Part shown: piece by piece, positions 61,764-64,000 of the stretch
Numbering within the stretch: the first letter of the stretch is position 1
Layout of the letters: each line of letters opens with the position of its first letter
Assembly: GCA_963816355.1 (NCBI GenBank)
Contig: CAWFKH010000006.1
Coordinates: 288,001-352,000 of the forward strand
Length of the DNA stretch: 64,000 bases
Source of the DNA: an uncultured Gemmatimonadales bacterium
GTDB taxonomy: Bacteria; Gemmatimonadota; Gemmatimonadetes; Longimicrobiales; RSA9
Direction: 5' to 3'
The notes under the pieces: generated by a model
The model's database searches: none
Seen by the model: only the letters and a program-made list of their open reading frames with translations
Told to the model about the DNA's origin: nothing
Made by a program: the position numbers and the translations under genes

Positions 61764-61944
61764 GCGGCGGCCCGCGTCGGCAGCGTCCGCGCGACGCGGC
61801 GGGACCGGCCGCGAGCTCGGGGTGCGGAGGGGTGCGACGCGCACTGGCCGCCCCGCAGGTGGCCTCGTATGTTTCCAGCAGGCGCCTTTCCGGCGACCCG
61901 GCCGGAAGGATGTCGCCCTCCCAACGCAGATCCTGCGGATCCGA

Positions 61945-62349
61945 GTGAACGTTCCCGATCGCCGCAGCGCGCTGATCCTCGTCGTCGAACGCGACCCGCA
62001 CGTGCGCGAGCTCGAGGCATACTTCCTCGCGGAGGCGGGCTATGCCGTCGAGTTCTGCGACGACGGCACGGCGGCGCTCGAGCGGGCACGGGCCATGCGG
62101 CCGGCGCTGGTGATCACGGAGATCCTGGTGCCGAAGCTGGACGGGCTCGCGCTCTGCCGCAGGCTCAAGGCGGACTCGGCGACGGCGGGAGCGGCCGTGC
62201 TCGTGTTCAGCATCCTCATGGCGGAGGGACGGGCGAGGGAGGCGGGTGCGGACGCGTTTCTGCGCAAGCCGCTCGCGGAGCGCAGGCTGGTCGACACCGT
62301 GCGGGATCTGATCGCGCTGCGCGAACCGAGTGCCGCGGAGGACGCATGA
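61945..62349 (+). CDS. Single-domain receiver protein with Glu at the phospho-acceptor position
   Basis: ILVVERD, LVITEILVPKLDG and GADAFLRKP. Confidence 0.8.
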   Translation: MNVPDRRSALILVVERDPHVRELEAYFLAEAGYAVEFCDDGTAALERARAMRPALVITEILVPKLDGLALCRRLKADSATAGAAVLVFSILMAEGRAREAGADAFLRKPLAERRLVDTVRDLIALREPSAAEDA

Positions 62350-63755
62350 AGAGAGACCCGGGCGGCGATGGATCGTCCACGCAGGATCTCCCGCGGGTGG
62401 GCACCGGCAACGAGGCGGCGGATCGTATCCTGCACGGCGGCTTCCCGGGAAACTCGATCAACCTGATCATGGGTCAGCCGGGGACGGGGAAGACGATCTT
62501 CGTCGAGCAGCTCATCTTCCACAACGCGGAAGCATCCCGGCCCACGCTCTACCTCACCACGCTTTCGGAGCCGCTGAGCAAGGTCGTGCGTTACCTGCAG
62601 GGCTTCCGCTTCTTCGACGCGGCGAAGCTCGGCACGGCGGTCGTCTACGACGACGTCGGACCCGCACTCGCGCGCGACGGCGTCGGCGCGCTGGAGGCGC
62701 GGCTGCGCGCGGCGATCCAGACGATGTCGCCCGGGATCATCGTAATCGACTCGTTCAAGGCGATCCACGATCTCGGTGCTCCGACCCCCGAGATGCGGCG
62801 CCTGGTGTACGACATCACCGGCCTGCTGGCCGCCTACGACACGACGGTCTTCCTGGTCGGCGAGTACCTCGAAGCGGACATTGCCCAGTATGCCGAGTTC
62901 GCCGTCGTCGATGGAATCGTCGAGTTGACGCAGCGCCGAACGAGCAAGCAGGCCGAGCGTTACCTGCGCGTGCTGAAGCTGCGCGGCAGCGGCTTCGAGG
63001 AGGGGGCGCACGCGTTCCGCATCGGAGATGCGGGGCTGGAGATCTTCCCGCGCCTGGTCAGCCCGCCGGCGCCGCAGACGTACGAGTTGCCGGCGGAGCG
63101 GGTGTCGAGCGGCGTGGCGGAGCTGGACGCGATGCTGGACGGCGGCCTGTGGCGCGGCAGCACGACGCTGCTGGCCGGGCCCTCCGGCTCGGGAAAGACG
63201 ACGCTGGGCCTGCAGTTCGCGCTCGCGGGCGCGTCGCTGGGCGAGCCGGTCCTCTACGTCAACTTCCAGGAGAACCCCACGCAGCTATCCCGCACGATCA
63301 ACGTCCTGCAGATGGGATTCGATGCGAGCCAGGAGGACCTCGAGCTGCTGTACGCGTCGCCGGTCGAGTTCCAGATCGACAGCATCGTCGGCGAGATCTT
63401 CCGCCGCATCGAGAAGAAGGGGATCCGTCGGCTGGTCGTGGACGCGGTCGGCGATCTCGCCGCTTCGGCGAGCGACCCGCAACGTTTCCACGACTACATG
63501 TACGCGCTGGTGCAGCACTTCACGACGCGCAGCGTGAGCACCATCCTCACCGTGGAGACGTTCGCGCACGCGTTCCACGGCCAGCTTCCGCACGCGGGGC
63601 CGATCAGCTACATGTGCGACAACATCGTCCTGCTCGAGATGAGCGGCGAGGAGCGGACGCGGCGGACGCTTCGCGTCGTCAAGACGCGGGGAAGCGCGCA
63701 CGACGCGAGGGTCCGTGAAATCGAGATCGGACCCGGCGGTATCCGCGTCGGCTGA
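62346..63755 (+). CDS. KaiC-like duplicated RecA-type ATPase
   Basis: GQPGTGKT and GPSGSGKT; VLKLRGS and VVKTRGS. Confidence 0.9.
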   Translation: MKRDPGGDGSSTQDLPRVGTGNEAADRILHGGFPGNSINLIMGQPGTGKTIFVEQLIFHNAEASRPTLYLTTLSEPLSKVVRYLQGFRFFDAAKLGTAVVYDDVGPALARDGVGALEARLRAAIQTMSPGIIVIDSFKAIHDLGAPTPEMRRLVYDITGLLAAYDTTVFLVGEYLEADIAQYAEFAVVDGIVELTQRRTSKQAERYLRVLKLRGSGFEEGAHAFRIGDAGLEIFPRLVSPPAPQTYELPAERVSSGVAELDAMLDGGLWRGSTTLLAGPSGSGKTTLGLQFALAGASLGEPVLYVNFQENPTQLSRTINVLQMGFDASQEDLELLYASPVEFQIDSIVGEIFRRIEKKGIRRLVVDAVGDLAASASDPQRFHDYMYALVQHFTTRSVSTILTVETFAHAFHGQLPHAGPISYMCDNIVLLEMSGEERTRRTLRVVKTRGSAHDARVREIEIGPGGIRVG

Positions 63756-63772
63756 GACGGAGGGCCACCACC

Positions 63773-64000
63773 ATGACTTCGCGCTTCACCGAGCTCGACC
63801 GCGCCGGCCAGGTGCGCGGCCTCACCGAGATCAGCCGTGCGCTGACCTACGCGACGTCGCTCGAAGAGGTGCTGCAGGTCGCGATCGAGCGCGCCGTGGA
63901 GATGCTGGGCGTCGAACGGGCCGTGCTCATGGTGGCGGACGACGATGGGCTGCTCCGCATCCGCGCCGCCCGCGGCATCGATGACGCGCGCGTGCAGCGT
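63773..64000 (+). CDS. GAF-domain sensor protein, N-terminal part (runs off the window)
   Basis: Manual translation MTSRFTELDRAGQVRGLTEISRALTYATSLEEVLQVAIERAVEMLGVERAVLM...LRIRAARG. Confidence 0.75.
   Translation, partial: MTSRFTELDRAGQVRGLTEISRALTYATSLEEVLQVAIERAVEMLGVERAVLMVADDDGLLRIRAARGIDDARVQR

Overview
The window has two parts. (A) Positions 1-~31100 are the right-hand part of a visibly lower-GC integrative island. It ends at a tyrosine integrase next to the 3' end of tRNA-Pro(GGG); the other att end is not in the window. The island carries: a CapH/CapP-like regulated ubiquitin-like conjugation operon (Ubl, Cys-less E2, JAB, E1); a 1155-aa tyrosine recombinase with four tandem winged-helix-like repeats, followed by an exonuclease VII pair; a type III R-M system; AbiJ-like and HigB/HigA-peptidase genes; ParA/ParB followed by an apparently inactive ClpX-like AAA+ protein; an intact IS21 with a 7-bp target duplication; and several Xis-like HTH genes. 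The most striking observation is that the tRNA-proximal integrase is frameshifted by an exact 61-bp repeat-spacer insertion with type I-E CRISPR geometry. Removing those 61 bp restores one 547-aa ORF. (B) Positions ~31200-64000 are high-GC core-like chromosome: cyclase, RidA, a porin module, pntAA/pntAB/pntB, Na+/H+ antiporter, histone H1-like protein, citrate synthase, S9 peptidase, three ADOP permeases with two PadR genes, tesB, aldo/keto reductase, SET protein, tRNA-Ser(CGA), HemQ/ChdC and a KaiC-like signalling operon. This gene content suggests Gemmatimonadota or Acidobacteriota (inference). Several single-base frameshifts, including one in citrate synthase, look like long-read indel errors. 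All calls come from manual motif recognition; no database search was run.
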